From positions 512,001 to 576,000 of the forward strand of contig OZ244252.1 of the NCBI GenBank assembly GCA_965217185.1: a stretch of DNA of 64,000 nt, read 5' to 3'. Position 1 is the stretch's first letter; every line of letters begins with the position of its first letter. Made by a program: the position numbers and the translations under genes. The notes beneath the pieces were generated by a model. The model was not told where the DNA came from, ran no database searches, and worked only from the letters and a program-made list of their open reading frames with translations. This stretch comes from an uncultured Candidatus Entotheonella sp. (GTDB lineage: Bacteria; Tectomicrobia; Entotheonellia; Entotheonellales; Entotheonellaceae). Shown here in pieces: positions 40,813 through 51,545 of the stretch.

Positions 40813-41754
40813 TCAGCCCTTCTCCCCGACGATGCGCACTTCCCTGGTCAGAGAGATGTCATACGCTTCTTGAACGCGGTCCCGGATATAGGCAATCAAG
40901 GTTTCAACGTCGGCAGCCGTAGCACGGGCAACGTTAGTAATGAAATTGGCGTGCACTGGCGAGACTTGCGCACCGCCGATGCGGGTGCCCTTCAATCCCA
41001 GGCGTTCAATCAAGTACCCGGCAGCCCGCCCGCGGGGGTTTGTGAAGGTAGAGCCGGCGCTGGGCAATGTGAGGGGTTGTGTCTGGCGTCGCCGCTTGTA
41101 TGCTCCGCGCATGGTCGAACTGACGACCGATGCGTCGCCGCGTTGAAGCCGTAGGGTCGCTTCCAACAGAATGGCCCCCGGCGGATACGAGGAGGCCCGA
41201 TAGCGCAACCCCAGAGCACTAGCCGGCAAGTTGTATACATTGCCGTCTCGACACAACATACGCGCGGCTACCAATGTGCTACTCATGTCCCCGATGCTGG
41301 TGCCGGCGTTCATCACCATGGCCCCGCCAATCGTTCCCGGTATTCCGTAGGCAAATTCCAGGCCGCTCCAACCCCGTCTGCCTACTTGCATTGCCAAGCG
41401 CGACAACGAGTATCCGGCACCCACTTTCAAGACCGCCGTCTCGCCGTCGGCATTGGGTTGCAGACCGTAGCTACGGAATGAGCCGCGCATTAGCAGCATG
41501 ATACCACGGATGCCGGCGTCACGTATCAGAATATTGGAGCCGCCGCCGAGAACGGAAAGCGGGATTTCATGCCGGTTGGCTATGGCCAGCACCTGTCGGA
41601 GCATTTCAAGGTTGTCGATCTGTACCAGCGCATCCACAGGGCCGCCAACTCGTAGCGAGGTGTAGGGGGCCAAGGGACGCCCAAAGGCCATGCGGGCCGG
41701 GGTATCGCGCAGAAGCTCCGGGAGATTCCATTGTGGTGCCTGTGCCAACCCCAT
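40813..41754 (-). CDS. murB: UDP-N-acetylmuramate dehydrogenase
   Basis: GGGSNIL, GIPGTIGGA, SAGSTFTNP and HANFI. Confidence 0.93.
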   Translation of the reverse strand: MGLAQAPQWNLPELLRDTPARMAFGRPLAPYTSLRVGGPVDALVQIDNLEMLRQVLAIANRHEIPLSVLGGGSNILIRDAGIRGIMLLMRGSFRSYGLQPNADGETAVLKVGAGYSLSRLAMQVGRRGWSGLEFAYGIPGTIGGAMVMNAGTSIGDMSSTLVAARMLCRDGNVYNLPASALGLRYRASSYPPGAILLEATLRLQRGDASVVSSTMRGAYKRRRQTQPLTLPSAGSTFTNPRGRAAGYLIERLGLKGTRIGGAQVSPVHANFITNVARATAADVETLIAYIRDRVQEAYDISLTREVRIVGEKG

Positions 41755-41755
41755 C

Positions 41756-43141
41756 CTATGCCTTTCCCGTCTGCAGGAAATCGTCAGCAACTTTCCATAC
41801 GTCGCCCGCGCCGAGGGTCAAAAGCACGTCGTGCTCTCGTGCGTAACCGTTCAGAAATGGTACCACCTGAGAGGCGTCGTTGAGGTAATACACATCCTTT
41901 TGTCCGTGTGCGGTGACGCCCTCGTATAAGACGTTGGTGGTAACACCCGGAATGGATTCTTCACCGGCGCCATAGATGTCTATCATGATGAGCGTATCGG
42001 CCTCGCTGAATGCCGTGTTGAATTCCCGCTGTAACAGGTGCGTTCGGGTGTATCGGTGCGGTTGAAATACTACGACGAGACGTCTGTTCGGCCATACCGT
42101 TTTGGCAGTCCTGAGCGTGTGGCGGATTTCCTCGGGGTGATGGCCGTAGTCATCGACGACCGTTACGCCATAGCGTTCGCCGCGCGTTTCAAAACGTCGC
42201 TGCACGCCGCCAAAACTTTCGAGGGCACTTGAAATAGCCGATTTAGACAGCCCTAACTCGCAACCTACTGTTATCGCGGCCAAAGCATTGGAGACATTGT
42301 GACGTCCTGGAAGGTTAAGGATGAAGCGGCCTAACGGTGAGTCTTTTCTGATAACCTCAAAAAACGTTTGCAACCGTGCATTAGATATGTTCTGGGCCAT
42401 ATAGTCAGCATAATTATTCAATCCATAGGTCATCACAGGAGCCTTCATTTCGCAATTATTAACTATTTGTCTTAAATTAGGATCATCATTACACACGACG
42501 TTTAATCCATGATAAGGTGCATTATTCATAAATTGCTTGAAATATTGACTTATGTCTTCAAGGTCTTTGTAATGATCAGGGTGTTCCAGGTCCAACGTCG
42601 TAATAACATTCATAACCGGCGGTAACAGAAGGAATGATCCGTCACTTTCGTCAGCCTCGGCAACCACGTAATCGCCCTGACCGAGCTTCGCGTTACTCCC
42701 CAGGCTGTTCAGTCGCGCCCCGATCAGTACGGTAGGGTCCAGACCTCCAGACTCCAGAACCGTTGCGATCAAAGATGCCGTTGTTGTTTTTCCATGCGTG
42801 CCGGCAACGGCAATACCCTGTCTGCCGCGCATCAGTTCCGCCAGCATCGCCGCCCGCGGAATTACCAGGGTATCTTGCGCGTGCGCCGCGATCACTTCGA
42901 CGTTGTCCGGCGATATGGCAGAGGAAACCACCACAATGTCGCATCCCGAGATATGAGACGCTGCATGGCCCTGGAATACCGTGGCACCTGCGTCCTGCAA
43001 CCCATGTGTTACGTCGGACAGGGCTATGTCTGATCCGCTGACGGTGTAGCCGAGTTGAAGCAGGACGGTGGCGATGGCGCTCATGCCCATGCCGCCGATG
43101 CCAACGAAGTGAATGTGACGCGCTTTACGTAGCATAGACAT
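41756..43141 (-). CDS. murC: UDP-N-acetylmuramate--L-alanine ligase
   Basis: GIGGMGMS, GTHGKTTT, EADESDGSF, DDYGHHP and FQPHRYTR. Confidence 0.95.
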   Translation of the reverse strand: MSMLRKARHIHFVGIGGMGMSAIATVLLQLGYTVSGSDIALSDVTHGLQDAGATVFQGHAASHISGCDIVVVSSAISPDNVEVIAAHAQDTLVIPRAAMLAELMRGRQGIAVAGTHGKTTTASLIATVLESGGLDPTVLIGARLNSLGSNAKLGQGDYVVAEADESDGSFLLLPPVMNVITTLDLEHPDHYKDLEDISQYFKQFMNNAPYHGLNVVCNDDPNLRQIVNNCEMKAPVMTYGLNNYADYMAQNISNARLQTFFEVIRKDSPLGRFILNLPGRHNVSNALAAITVGCELGLSKSAISSALESFGGVQRRFETRGERYGVTVVDDYGHHPEEIRHTLRTAKTVWPNRRLVVVFQPHRYTRTHLLQREFNTAFSEADTLIMIDIYGAGEESIPGVTTNVLYEGVTAHGQKDVYYLNDASQVVPFLNGYAREHDVLLTLGAGDVWKVADDFLQTGKA

Positions 43142-43146
43142 CTCTC

Positions 43147-44265
43147 TCACGCCGCGGGAGCATCGAGCATTTGCAGACACGCGCTGACGATATCACGAGC
43201 GGCATGCGGACGACCCAGGCGGCGACTCTGCGCTGCCTGCTGGCTCAGGCTTGCCGGATCAAGAATGTACGGTTGCAAGCATTCATAAAGCCGCTGTCCG
43301 GTCATCTCTGCGTCGAGAATGACGTGCGCCGCGCCGTGTTCTCGTAATGCCAGGGCGTTGTGGCGTTGATGATCGTCGGCGGCATGGGGATAGGGCACCA
43401 GAATGGCCGGTTTGCCGCAAGCTGTCAGTTCCGCCAGCGTGCTGGCACCGGCCCGGCACAGCACAAGATGAGCCCAGTGATAGCGTTTTGGCATGTCGTG
43501 TAAGAAAGCGCGGACCTCTGCCGTGATGCTACTTCCTTCGTATGCCTCGGTGACGCGGCGCAAATCGGTCTCACCCGTTTGGTGTACGAAACTGACTTGC
43601 TGGCTGTGTGCCTCCAGTAAAGGCAACGCCTCGATCACAGCCTCATTGAGCCGATGGGCGCCTTGGCTGCCGCCCACCACAAGGATGTTGAGACAAGTTG
43701 TGGCGTCGGGCGACGTATCCGACGCCTGGGCGATAATTTCGGGGCGGATCGGCGTGCCGGTACATACAACCTGTGGCTCCGGCAGAAAATCGCTACTTTC
43801 CGGGAAGGCTGTGAACACCCGCTGGGCGTATCGTGCCAGGACGCGCACGGTGAGGCCGGGAACGAGGTTTTGCTCCATGATGACACGCGGCAGACGCAGC
43901 AGTGCCGCAGCCAGCAGGGCAGGTGCCATAACGTAGCCGCCGGCCCCGATAACCAGGTGAGGTCGCCAGCGGTGCAACAGCCGCAGAGCCTGCAGCGTGC
44001 CAATACTCAGCACACCCAAGGATCGGAGCTGGGCCAGTTTCGTGCGGCCTTGCAAACTCTGTACGTTTACCGTGTACAAAGGAAAACCTTCTCCCGGCAC
44101 CAAGCGCTCCTCCAGGCCGCCTCGGCGTCCCAAAAAGGCGACGTCGGTGCCGGGGCAAGCAGCCTGAAAGCACCGAGCCACGGCAATGCCCGGATAGAGG
44201 TGTCCGCCGGTTCCTCCGGCAGCCACCATAATTCGCCATCCCGGCTGACCCGGCATAGATGCCAT
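43147..44265 (-). CDS. murG: Lipid II GlcNAc transferase
   Basis: GGTGGHLYP, GGSQGA and CRAGAST. Confidence 0.95.
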   Translation of the reverse strand: MASMPGQPGWRIMVAAGGTGGHLYPGIAVARCFQAACPGTDVAFLGRRGGLEERLVPGEGFPLYTVNVQSLQGRTKLAQLRSLGVLSIGTLQALRLLHRWRPHLVIGAGGYVMAPALLAAALLRLPRVIMEQNLVPGLTVRVLARYAQRVFTAFPESSDFLPEPQVVCTGTPIRPEIIAQASDTSPDATTCLNILVVGGSQGAHRLNEAVIEALPLLEAHSQQVSFVHQTGETDLRRVTEAYEGSSITAEVRAFLHDMPKRYHWAHLVLCRAGASTLAELTACGKPAILVPYPHAADDHQRHNALALREHGAAHVILDAEMTGQRLYECLQPYILDPASLSQQAAQSRRLGRPHAARDIVSACLQMLDAPAA

Positions 44266-45353
44266 TACGTTTTCCTTCCGGCGATGTTCAGCATGGTTCC
44301 CACAGCAAGCATTGAGACAAGGAGATTCGATCCGCCGTGGCTGATGAACGGCAGCGGCATGCCCTTGGTTGGCAGCAGACCGCTAACTACACCCAGATTC
44401 ATGGTGACTTGCAGGGCCAGGGTGATGAAGATACCAAGTCCCAAATAGCTGCCGAAGGGCTCGTTGCAATTCACGGCGATGTTCAGGATGCGCCACAGCA
44501 GCACGGCAAACAGCGCGATGAGCGCAAAGGCGCCGATCAGGCCCATCTCCTCGCCAATAATCGCGAAGATAAAATCGGTATGCGATTCGGGCAGGTAGAA
44601 CAGTTTTTGCCGGCTCTGTCCCAGCCCAACGCCGGCCCAACCTCCTCTCCCCAGCGCCTTGTGAGCCTGGACGATCTGATAACCGATACCTTGTGGGTCC
44701 TTCCATGGTTGGAGAAAGGCCAGCACACGGTTGAGGTTGTAGCCGGCGAAAAACAATTTGTACCAGAGGAATGGCAACATCCCGGCGGCCGTGAGCGCCA
44801 GATATCGCCATGGCACGCCGGCGATGAGCAGTATCAAACCGGCGGACGCCACCAGAACGACCGCGGTGCCCAGATCCGGCTGCAGCATGACTAGGCCAAA
44901 GACGATGCCCATCATGATGACATTGGGCAGGTATGTATGAACGAGACTCTCCGGACGGTGTGAATTGGCCGCCAAAACGCGGGCCACGTACATGATCAGG
45001 ACGTACTTGGCGAGTTCCGATGGCTGAAAGGAGAAAGGCCCGAGGGTCAGCCAGCGTTGAGCGCCGCCAACTTTCTTGCCAACCACCAAAACCACTACCA
45101 ACAACAGCAGCACAAAGCCCATGGTCGGAAGCGCCATGCGCCGTTGCGTTGGATACGGAACCGAAGCCGCTATCCACATTGCTACCAATCCCAGGCCGGA
45201 CCACGTCAACTGGCGCTTCAGGAAGTACAGGGAATCGTCATAGCGATCCTGCGCCATGATGGCGCTTGTGCTGTAAAGCATCCCCAAGCCGATCGTGACC
45301 AGGACGAGAGTCACGACGAGCAGGGGCAGGTCGGTGCGTCGTGCTGAGAACAT
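44265..45353 (-). CDS. ftsW: SEDS peptidoglycan polymerase FtsW
   Basis: QPSELAK, QPDLGT, LPESHTDFIF and PTKG.PLPFIS. Confidence 0.95.
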   Translation of the reverse strand: MFSARRTDLPLLVVTLVLVTIGLGMLYSTSAIMAQDRYDDSLYFLKRQLTWSGLGLVAMWIAASVPYPTQRRMALPTMGFVLLLLVVVLVVGKKVGGAQRWLTLGPFSFQPSELAKYVLIMYVARVLAANSHRPESLVHTYLPNVIMMGIVFGLVMLQPDLGTAVVLVASAGLILLIAGVPWRYLALTAAGMLPFLWYKLFFAGYNLNRVLAFLQPWKDPQGIGYQIVQAHKALGRGGWAGVGLGQSRQKLFYLPESHTDFIFAIIGEEMGLIGAFALIALFAVLLWRILNIAVNCNEPFGSYLGLGIFITLALQVTMNLGVVSGLLPTKGMPLPFISHGGSNLLVSMLAVGTMLNIAGRKT

Positions 45354-45360
45354 AGGCGGC

Positions 45361-46446
45361 TTACCGGAGTTTCAAAGTGCTGAGACTAAGCAGGGCCAAG
45401 GTGATGGCGATGATCCAGAATCGGACGATGACTTTTGGTTCCTGCCATCCCTTTTCTTCAAAGTGATGATGCAAGGGAGCCATGCGGAATACGCGTTTCC
45501 CCGTCAACTTGAACGACGCCACTTGCACGATGACGGATAGGGTTTCGATGACGAACAGGCCGCCAATGATCATTAAGAGGAGCTCGTGCTTGGCGAGCAC
45601 CGCAATCATTCCCAAGGCGCCGCCAAGAGATAGGGAACCCACGTCGCCCATGAAAACCTGGGCGGGGTAGGAATTGAACCACAGGAAGCCCAGGCTCGCA
45701 CCAAGCAGGGCGCCGCAAAATACAGCAACCTCGCCGGCACCGGGTACGTGCGGGATATTCAGGTATTCGGCAAAACGCGCATTTCCCGCCACATAGGAGA
45801 GTCCGGTGTAGGCGAGGGTGGCAATAATCACGGGCCCGATGGCCAAGCCGTCCAAGCCGTCGGTGAGATTGACGGCGTTGCTGGTGCCGACGATGACAAT
45901 GATAGCAAATGGGATGTACCACCAGCCAAGATCAGGCGTGAACTCTTTGAAGAACGGCACGCTCAAGCGCGTCACGCCGCCGCGGTCTTCTGCAATGAGC
46001 AGGAGTACCACCACTATTACACCTGCTACGATGATTTCCGCGCCGAATTTGTATTTTGCCCGTAGGCCGGCGGGGCTTTTCCGCACGGTTTTCAGGTAAT
46101 CATCCCAGAAACCGATAGCACCAAAACACAAAGTCGTGCCCAGCACCAACCAGACGTAAGGCTTTCCCAGGTTGCCCCACAGCAGGGTCGACACGCCAAG
46201 TGCAGCAAGGAGAAGCACGCCACCCATCGTCGGGGTGCCGGCCTTGCTGAGGTGAGACTGCGGGCCGTCGTCGCGCACCACCTGCCCCACCTGCAGGTTA
46301 CGCAACAGCCGGATGACGTACGGACCGATCAGCCAACTGATGATCAGCGCGGTCATGATGGCATAGGCGGTGCGAAAGGTGATGTAGCGAAATACATTGA
46401 AAGCGGAGAAGGTTTGATGCAGCGGGTACAGGACATGGTAGAACAT
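45361..46446 (-). CDS. mraY: Phospho-N-acetylmuramoyl-pentapeptide transferase
   Basis: [21 protein letters not shown] and MAPLHHHFE. Confidence 0.96.
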   Translation of the reverse strand: MFYHVLYPLHQTFSAFNVFRYITFRTAYAIMTALIISWLIGPYVIRLLRNLQVGQVVRDDGPQSHLSKAGTPTMGGVLLLAALGVSTLLWGNLGKPYVWLVLGTTLCFGAIGFWDDYLKTVRKSPAGLRAKYKFGAEIIVAGVIVVVLLLIAEDRGGVTRLSVPFFKEFTPDLGWWYIPFAIIVIVGTSNAVNLTDGLDGLAIGPVIIATLAYTGLSYVAGNARFAEYLNIPHVPGAGEVAVFCGALLGASLGFLWFNSYPAQVFMGDVGSLSLGGALGMIAVLAKHELLLMIIGGLFVIETLSVIVQVASFKLTGKRVFRMAPLHHHFEEKGWQEPKVIVRFWIIAITLALLSLSTLKLR

Positions 46447-47861
46447 CAAGACGCCCCCGACTCTGCAACAAGGGCTTCAACGAGATGCTCCATCGCCATG
46501 CCGCGCGATCCTTTGAGCAGTACCACGTCCTGGGGCTGCATCAGTTGAGTCAGCAGACTCAGAACTTCTTGCTGCCTGGTCGTATGGTGGATGCGGTCGT
46601 GCTCCATTCCGGCTTGATGGGCGCCACGGGCGATGTGTTCAGCCGCGAGACCCAGCGCGATCAGGGTGTGCACATTGGTTTGCGAAACCAGGGAGCCGAC
46701 CTCTTGGTGGAATGTCGGACCGTCTTTCCCGAGTTCCAGCATGTCGCCCAGTACCGCGATGTGACGCCCGGTACCGGGAACCCCGGCGAGAAAGTTCAGG
46801 GCTACCTGCATGGATTGCGGATTGGCATTGTAGGTGTCGTCGATTAGCCACACGTCCTCCTGACCGCGGCGCATGGCCAGGCGTCCGTGAATGCCTCGAT
46901 AATGTCGTAAGCCCCAGACGATACGCTCCTCTGGCACCTCAAAGGCCATGCCGACAGCCGCCGCCGCCAGCGCGTTCATAATTTGGTGAGCCCCCGGTGC
47001 GTGAAGCCTGAATTCATGCGTTACGCCGTCCAGGACCACACAACACCTCGTGCCGGCAAGTCCCAAGTTCTCTTGCACCCATCCATGCACATCGGCGTGA
47101 TGCGTTTGTCCAAAGGTTATCAAGCGCCCTGCCGATTGTTGTCCTAAGGCCAAGGCCCTCGGGTCGTCGGCGTTGACAATCGCCACTCCTGATGCATCAA
47201 GCGACGCCGTCAACTCGCCTTTGGCCTGTTGAATGGCGTCAACAGAGCCCAGGCAGCCGATGTGTGCCAAGCCGATATTTGTGATCACGCCAATGTCTGG
47301 TTGGGCAATCTCACATAGACGACTGATTTCGCCCAAATGATTCATGCCAAGCTCGAGCACCATGGTGCGTTTCAGTACGTCCAGACCCAGCACGGCAAGG
47401 GGTACACCGATATGGTTATTCAGATTGCCGCTTGCCTTATGGGTGGAAAACCAAGTCTGCAGAACGTTGGCGATCATTTCCTTGACGGTGGTTTTGCCGT
47501 TGCTTCCGGTCACGGCCACCACCGAGCCCTGAAACCGTTGCCGGTGGGCGATGGCGAGGTTCTGCAACGCCTTTTCCGTGTCCGCGACGCAGATTACGGC
47601 TAGAGCTGTCTCGTGGCCATCCAGAGCAGCTTTGCTGAGGCAGGCCGTATCGGAAACTACGACGCCGGCGACGCCCCGTTGTATGGCGTCGGGCACGAAG
47701 CGATGCCCATCGAATCGCTCCCCGCGCAGCGCGACAAACACGTTACCGGCCTGCACCGTTCGGGAATCGGTGCTGATGCCGCACACGTCTTGTCGTTCGT
47801 CGCCGCGGAGGAGGGTGCCATGTGCCCAGTGCACGAGGTCGGCAACACGCCATGTCGGCAT
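46446..47861 (-). CDS. murF: UDP-MurNAc-tripeptide--D-Ala-D-Ala ligase
   Basis: [22 protein letters not shown] and LLKGSRG. Confidence 0.94.
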   Translation of the reverse strand: MPTWRVADLVHWAHGTLLRGDERQDVCGISTDSRTVQAGNVFVALRGERFDGHRFVPDAIQRGVAGVVVSDTACLSKAALDGHETALAVICVADTEKALQNLAIAHRQRFQGSVVAVTGSNGKTTVKEMIANVLQTWFSTHKASGNLNNHIGVPLAVLGLDVLKRTMVLELGMNHLGEISRLCEIAQPDIGVITNIGLAHIGCLGSVDAIQQAKGELTASLDASGVAIVNADDPRALALGQQSAGRLITFGQTHHADVHGWVQENLGLAGTRCCVVLDGVTHEFRLHAPGAHQIMNALAAAAVGMAFEVPEERIVWGLRHYRGIHGRLAMRRGQEDVWLIDDTYNANPQSMQVALNFLAGVPGTGRHIAVLGDMLELGKDGPTFHQEVGSLVSQTNVHTLIALGLAAEHIARGAHQAGMEHDRIHHTTRQQEVLSLLTQLMQPQDVVLLKGSRGMAMEHLVEALVAESGAS

Positions 47862-47863
47862 AA

Positions 47864-49351
47864 CTATCGCTTTATCCTATGAAAGGCTGCTCGTGCCACT
47901 TCCCGGTCATCGAAGTGGCAACGTTGTTGACCAATGATTTGGTAATCCTCGTGACCTTTGCCGGCGATGACAACGGTATCCTGCGCCTGTGCCATGGCAA
48001 TCGCCTGCTCAATAGCTTGGCGGCGGTCGGGGATGGCGGTATAGCTGGACGAAGGTACGGTCAGACCATCGACGATGTCTTCGATGATAAGCTGGGGGTC
48101 TTCGGTTCGGGGATTGTCGGAGGTGATGATCGTGTAATCGCTGATGGTGGTTGCGGCTTGGCCCATGAGCGGGCGTTTGCCGGGGTCGCGATCGCCGCCG
48201 CATCCAAAGACGGTGATCAAGCGACCGACGGTTTCGGCCCGCACGAGGTGCAAAACCTGCTCCAATGCTGCAGGTGTGTGCGCGTAATCCACGAACACAG
48301 TCACATCCTGTCCGCAGTCGACGCGCTCCAACCGGCCTGGGACCTTGCGGAGGCGTGCGACGCCTTGTCGAATCGCCCCCGCGTCTACGCCCAAAGCCTG
48401 CGCAATGCCGATGCCGGCAAGCAGGTTGTAAATGTTGTGACGTCCCACGAGAGAAGAACTCAGGGTGAGAGGCCCTTCGGAAGTCGGCAAAACGAAGCGA
48501 ATCCCGTCGAGCCCATAGTGGACAGCATGGGGCTTTAGAGTGGTAGAACTGGCGAGGCTATAGGTCAGTGGACGGGCGTGGGACGTCCGGAGGAGAGCAC
48601 GTCCGTATGGATCGTCGAGATTCAGAACGTGCCACTCCGCTTCGAGGTCCCGAAACAGCCGCGCCTTCGCGTTGAAGTAGGCTGATTCGGAACCGTGATA
48701 ATCAAAATGATCACGACTTAAGTTAGTAAATGCCGCCACTGCAAAAGGGCAGCCTCGTACGCGCTCTTGTGTCAGGGCATGGCTTGAAACTTCCATCACC
48801 GCATAATGGGTGCCCGCAGCGACCATTTGAGACAGCAGGTCGTGCAGCAATGGGGCGTCGGGGGTGGTCTGTGGCGACGGTAGGCGTTTCGATCCGATGC
48901 GATAATCCACTGTGCCCAGCATCCCGACAGACTCTCCGGCGGCCTGCAGGATAGCTTCCACAATGTAGGCCGTGGTGGTTTTGCCGTTGGTCCCGGTAAT
49001 TCCAATCAGGGATAACTGGCGCGCCGGGTGCTGATAGTAGGCGCTGGCCAACATCGCTACTGCCTGGTGGCAATCCGGTACTCGAATGACCGTCTGTCCC
49101 TCCGCCTGCACCCTGGGCCACAGCGTGGCAGGCAGTTCCTCAACGACAAGCACGCTGGCGCCCTTGTCGAGCGCTTCGGTGAGAAAGAGGTGACCATCCG
49201 TACGGGTTCCTCTCAGGGCGGTGAACAGGGTGTCTCGCTGCACCTGGCGCGAGTCCGTTATGAGATGCTCGACTGGGCAATGCGCGCTGCCCGTCAGGAT
49301 CTCTCCCGAAAGCTCGGATATTAGGGTTGCCAGCTCACGATTCGATTCCAA
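47864..49351 (-). CDS. murE: UDP-MurNAc-dipeptide--meso-DAP ligase
   Basis: TGTNGKTT, MEVSSH, DYAHTP and DNPR (DAP-specific motif). Confidence 0.94.
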   Translation of the reverse strand: MESNRELATLISELSGEILTGSAHCPVEHLITDSRQVQRDTLFTALRGTRTDGHLFLTEALDKGASVLVVEELPATLWPRVQAEGQTVIRVPDCHQAVAMLASAYYQHPARQLSLIGITGTNGKTTTAYIVEAILQAAGESVGMLGTVDYRIGSKRLPSPQTTPDAPLLHDLLSQMVAAGTHYAVMEVSSHALTQERVRGCPFAVAAFTNLSRDHFDYHGSESAYFNAKARLFRDLEAEWHVLNLDDPYGRALLRTSHARPLTYSLASSTTLKPHAVHYGLDGIRFVLPTSEGPLTLSSSLVGRHNIYNLLAGIGIAQALGVDAGAIRQGVARLRKVPGRLERVDCGQDVTVFVDYAHTPAALEQVLHLVRAETVGRLITVFGCGGDRDPGKRPLMGQAATTISDYTIITSDNPRTEDPQLIIEDIVDGLTVPSSSYTAIPDRRQAIEQAIAMAQAQDTVVIAGKGHEDYQIIGQQRCHFDDREVARAAFHRIKR

Positions 49352-49407
49352 AACCGTGTTGCTCCCTGTGTGTGGTTTGTGCCGTCGTGTGTCTTGTCCT
49401 CAACCTC

Positions 49408-51168
49408 TTACTGCTCTGCCAGACTCAACTCTTCTGTGCGGTTGGCGATGTAAGTGTCTTCGATCTCTGGACGGATCCTGCCGGGTGGAACCTGCAAATG
49501 GTGCAGCGTCTGTTCCGCAATGCGGCGGAACGATGGGGCTGCTGCTGAGCCGCCCCATCGTTTTTTCTTCGGTTCATCGAACATGACGAGTATCACGAAC
49601 CGAGGCGCCTCAGCCGGGGCGTAGCCGATAAAAGAAACCACAACTTTGCTCCGGCTGTAGCGGCCGTTTTCGGCCTTCTGTGCGGTGCCGGACTTCCCAG
49701 CCACCAGGTAGCCGTCCAAGGCGGCCTGGGCCCCCGTGCCCCGCTCAACAACGCCGACCAGGATTGAGGTGAGGCGGTTCGTCGTTTGCTGCGACAGGAT
49801 ACGACGACGGCGCTCGGGCTTGAACGTCTGCTCCAAGTCGCCCTTGGCCATGCGGTCAACAAGGCGCGGCCGTAATAGCCAGCCGCCGTTGGCGATGGCG
49901 GAAAAGGCGGCGACCAATTGCACTGGCGTCACAGTGATTTCCTGCCCAATCGTCAGCGAATCGTGCGACAGGGCCGACCAATCCTCCGGGTGGCGGATTC
50001 CGCCGGGATGCTCAGCCGGCAGGTCAATGAGGGATTTCTCGCCGAACCCGAAGCGCCTGATGTATTCGTAGAACTGCTCGGAACTGATCCGTTCATTTAC
50101 TTTGGCCATGCAGATGTTGCTGGAATTTTCCATCACCTCCGGAAAGGTGAGGAACTCAAATGGCTTATGATCGCGCAGCACGCGGTTGTTGCGCATCGTC
50201 CAACCCTCCTCACAGAAGAAAACCTCGTCCAGATCAACGGTTTTCTCCTCCAACGCCGCTGCCGCCGCAACAACCTTGAACGTGGAGCCTGGCTCTACGG
50301 GGTCGGTGATGGCTCGGTTGCGCCGCCAGGAACGTTGCGCTTTGTTTCGATAGTCGTTCGGGTTAAAGAAGGGATAGGATGCCAAGGTGAGGATGCCGCC
50401 TGTGTACGGATCCATGATGACAACCAGACCGCTGCGCGCGCCTATCGCCTCCGCCTGTTGGGCAAGTTCCTTCTCCGCGATGTGTTGCAGCCGCATATCA
50501 AGCGTCAGGTGAAGGTCTGCCCCACGAGGTGGCCCCGCGTGGGCGTCCTGGTCGAAGCTCACGGTCCGCCCCCGCGCGTCCCGTGTGCCATTGGTGCGAA
50601 GCGGCTGTGCCGCCAATACGTTATCGTATTGGCGCTCCAAGCCTCCCAGACCCTGCTCGTCGACGCCGGCATAGCCTATCGTGGAACCTGCCATAACGCC
50701 TCTGGGGTAAATCCGGCGCGTTTCCTTCTTTATATGAATGCCGGGAAGTTTCAGAGCTTCCAAAGCTGATACTTTTTCCGGCGATACCTGACGCGCCAGC
50801 CACACAAAAGAAGCCTTAGAGGTGAGTTGCTGCTGAAGGCGGCTTTGGGAGAGGGAAGGGAAAATGCTGAATATCTTTTGTGCCGTGGCACCGGGTTGCC
50901 TGACTTCACGCGGTGTCGCATAAACAGAGGGAGCCGGGATGCTGGCGGCCAGGACATTGTTGCGCCGGTCGAAAATGCTGCCCCGCACTGGCGACACGGT
51001 AATCCGACGCCCATACTGCGCCTCCGCCGAATCGCGCCAGTAGGTGTATTGCCCAACCTGAACAACGGTCAATCGCACCAGTATTGCCAAGAAACTAAGC
51101 CCAAAAAACCCCACGACGAGATACAGCCGTGGGCGGCTATAGCCTGTGAAATACCTGACTCGCCTCAT
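49408..51168 (-). CDS. ftsI: Class B penicillin-binding protein
   Basis: PGSTFK, SSN and KSGTAQ; N-terminal TM. Confidence 0.92.
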   Translation of the reverse strand: MRRVRYFTGYSRPRLYLVVGFFGLSFLAILVRLTVVQVGQYTYWRDSAEAQYGRRITVSPVRGSIFDRRNNVLAASIPAPSVYATPREVRQPGATAQKIFSIFPSLSQSRLQQQLTSKASFVWLARQVSPEKVSALEALKLPGIHIKKETRRIYPRGVMAGSTIGYAGVDEQGLGGLERQYDNVLAAQPLRTNGTRDARGRTVSFDQDAHAGPPRGADLHLTLDMRLQHIAEKELAQQAEAIGARSGLVVIMDPYTGGILTLASYPFFNPNDYRNKAQRSWRRNRAITDPVEPGSTFKVVAAAAALEEKTVDLDEVFFCEEGWTMRNNRVLRDHKPFEFLTFPEVMENSSNICMAKVNERISSEQFYEYIRRFGFGEKSLIDLPAEHPGGIRHPEDWSALSHDSLTIGQEITVTPVQLVAAFSAIANGGWLLRPRLVDRMAKGDLEQTFKPERRRRILSQQTTNRLTSILVGVVERGTGAQAALDGYLVAGKSGTAQKAENGRYSRSKVVVSFIGYAPAEAPRFVILVMFDEPKKKRWGGSAAAPSFRRIAEQTLHHLQVPPGRIRPEIEDTYIANRTEELSLAEQ

Positions 51169-51542
51169 GGTTCCCTCGTTACTATTTGGAGGTCGTGTTG
51201 GGGGTTGTGCTGCGAACGCACGTAAATGATCTGAGTGCTCTGAGGGGTTTTCAAACCGAGAAATTTAGTAGCGATCTCTTCAATACGAGATAGTTGACTC
51301 AGCGAGACGAGTTCCAGACGCAGTTCCTCTTGGCGCTGCAGGGCTTCTACGCGCTGTTTTTGAAGAACGCCTTCGCGGTAGCCCATGTCTACAAGCCTCA
51401 TCTGCGGCCAGAGGTAGATCAAAATGCCTCCTAGCATCGCAACGGTGCAACAAAACAGGACGCAGATAGTCGGCTTGCCCATAATGCGTTCCCGGCGCTG
51501 CCGCCGTACCGTGTCTGATGCCTGCTGTTGTTGGCTTTTCAT
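51165..51542 (-). CDS. ftsL: Cell division protein FtsL
   Basis: TM plus coiled coil, RIEEIA; position between rsmH and ftsI. Confidence 0.8.
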   Translation of the reverse strand: MKSQQQQASDTVRRQRRERIMGKPTICVLFCCTVAMLGGILIYLWPQMRLVDMGYREGVLQKQRVEALQRQEELRLELVSLSQLSRIEEIATKFLGLKTPQSTQIIYVRSQHNPQHDLQIVTREP

Positions 51543-51545
51543 GAT

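Noticed and set aside
42240..42620. Replication origin in the AT-rich patch
   Set aside because: No clear DnaA boxes seen and it lies within an essential coding frame.
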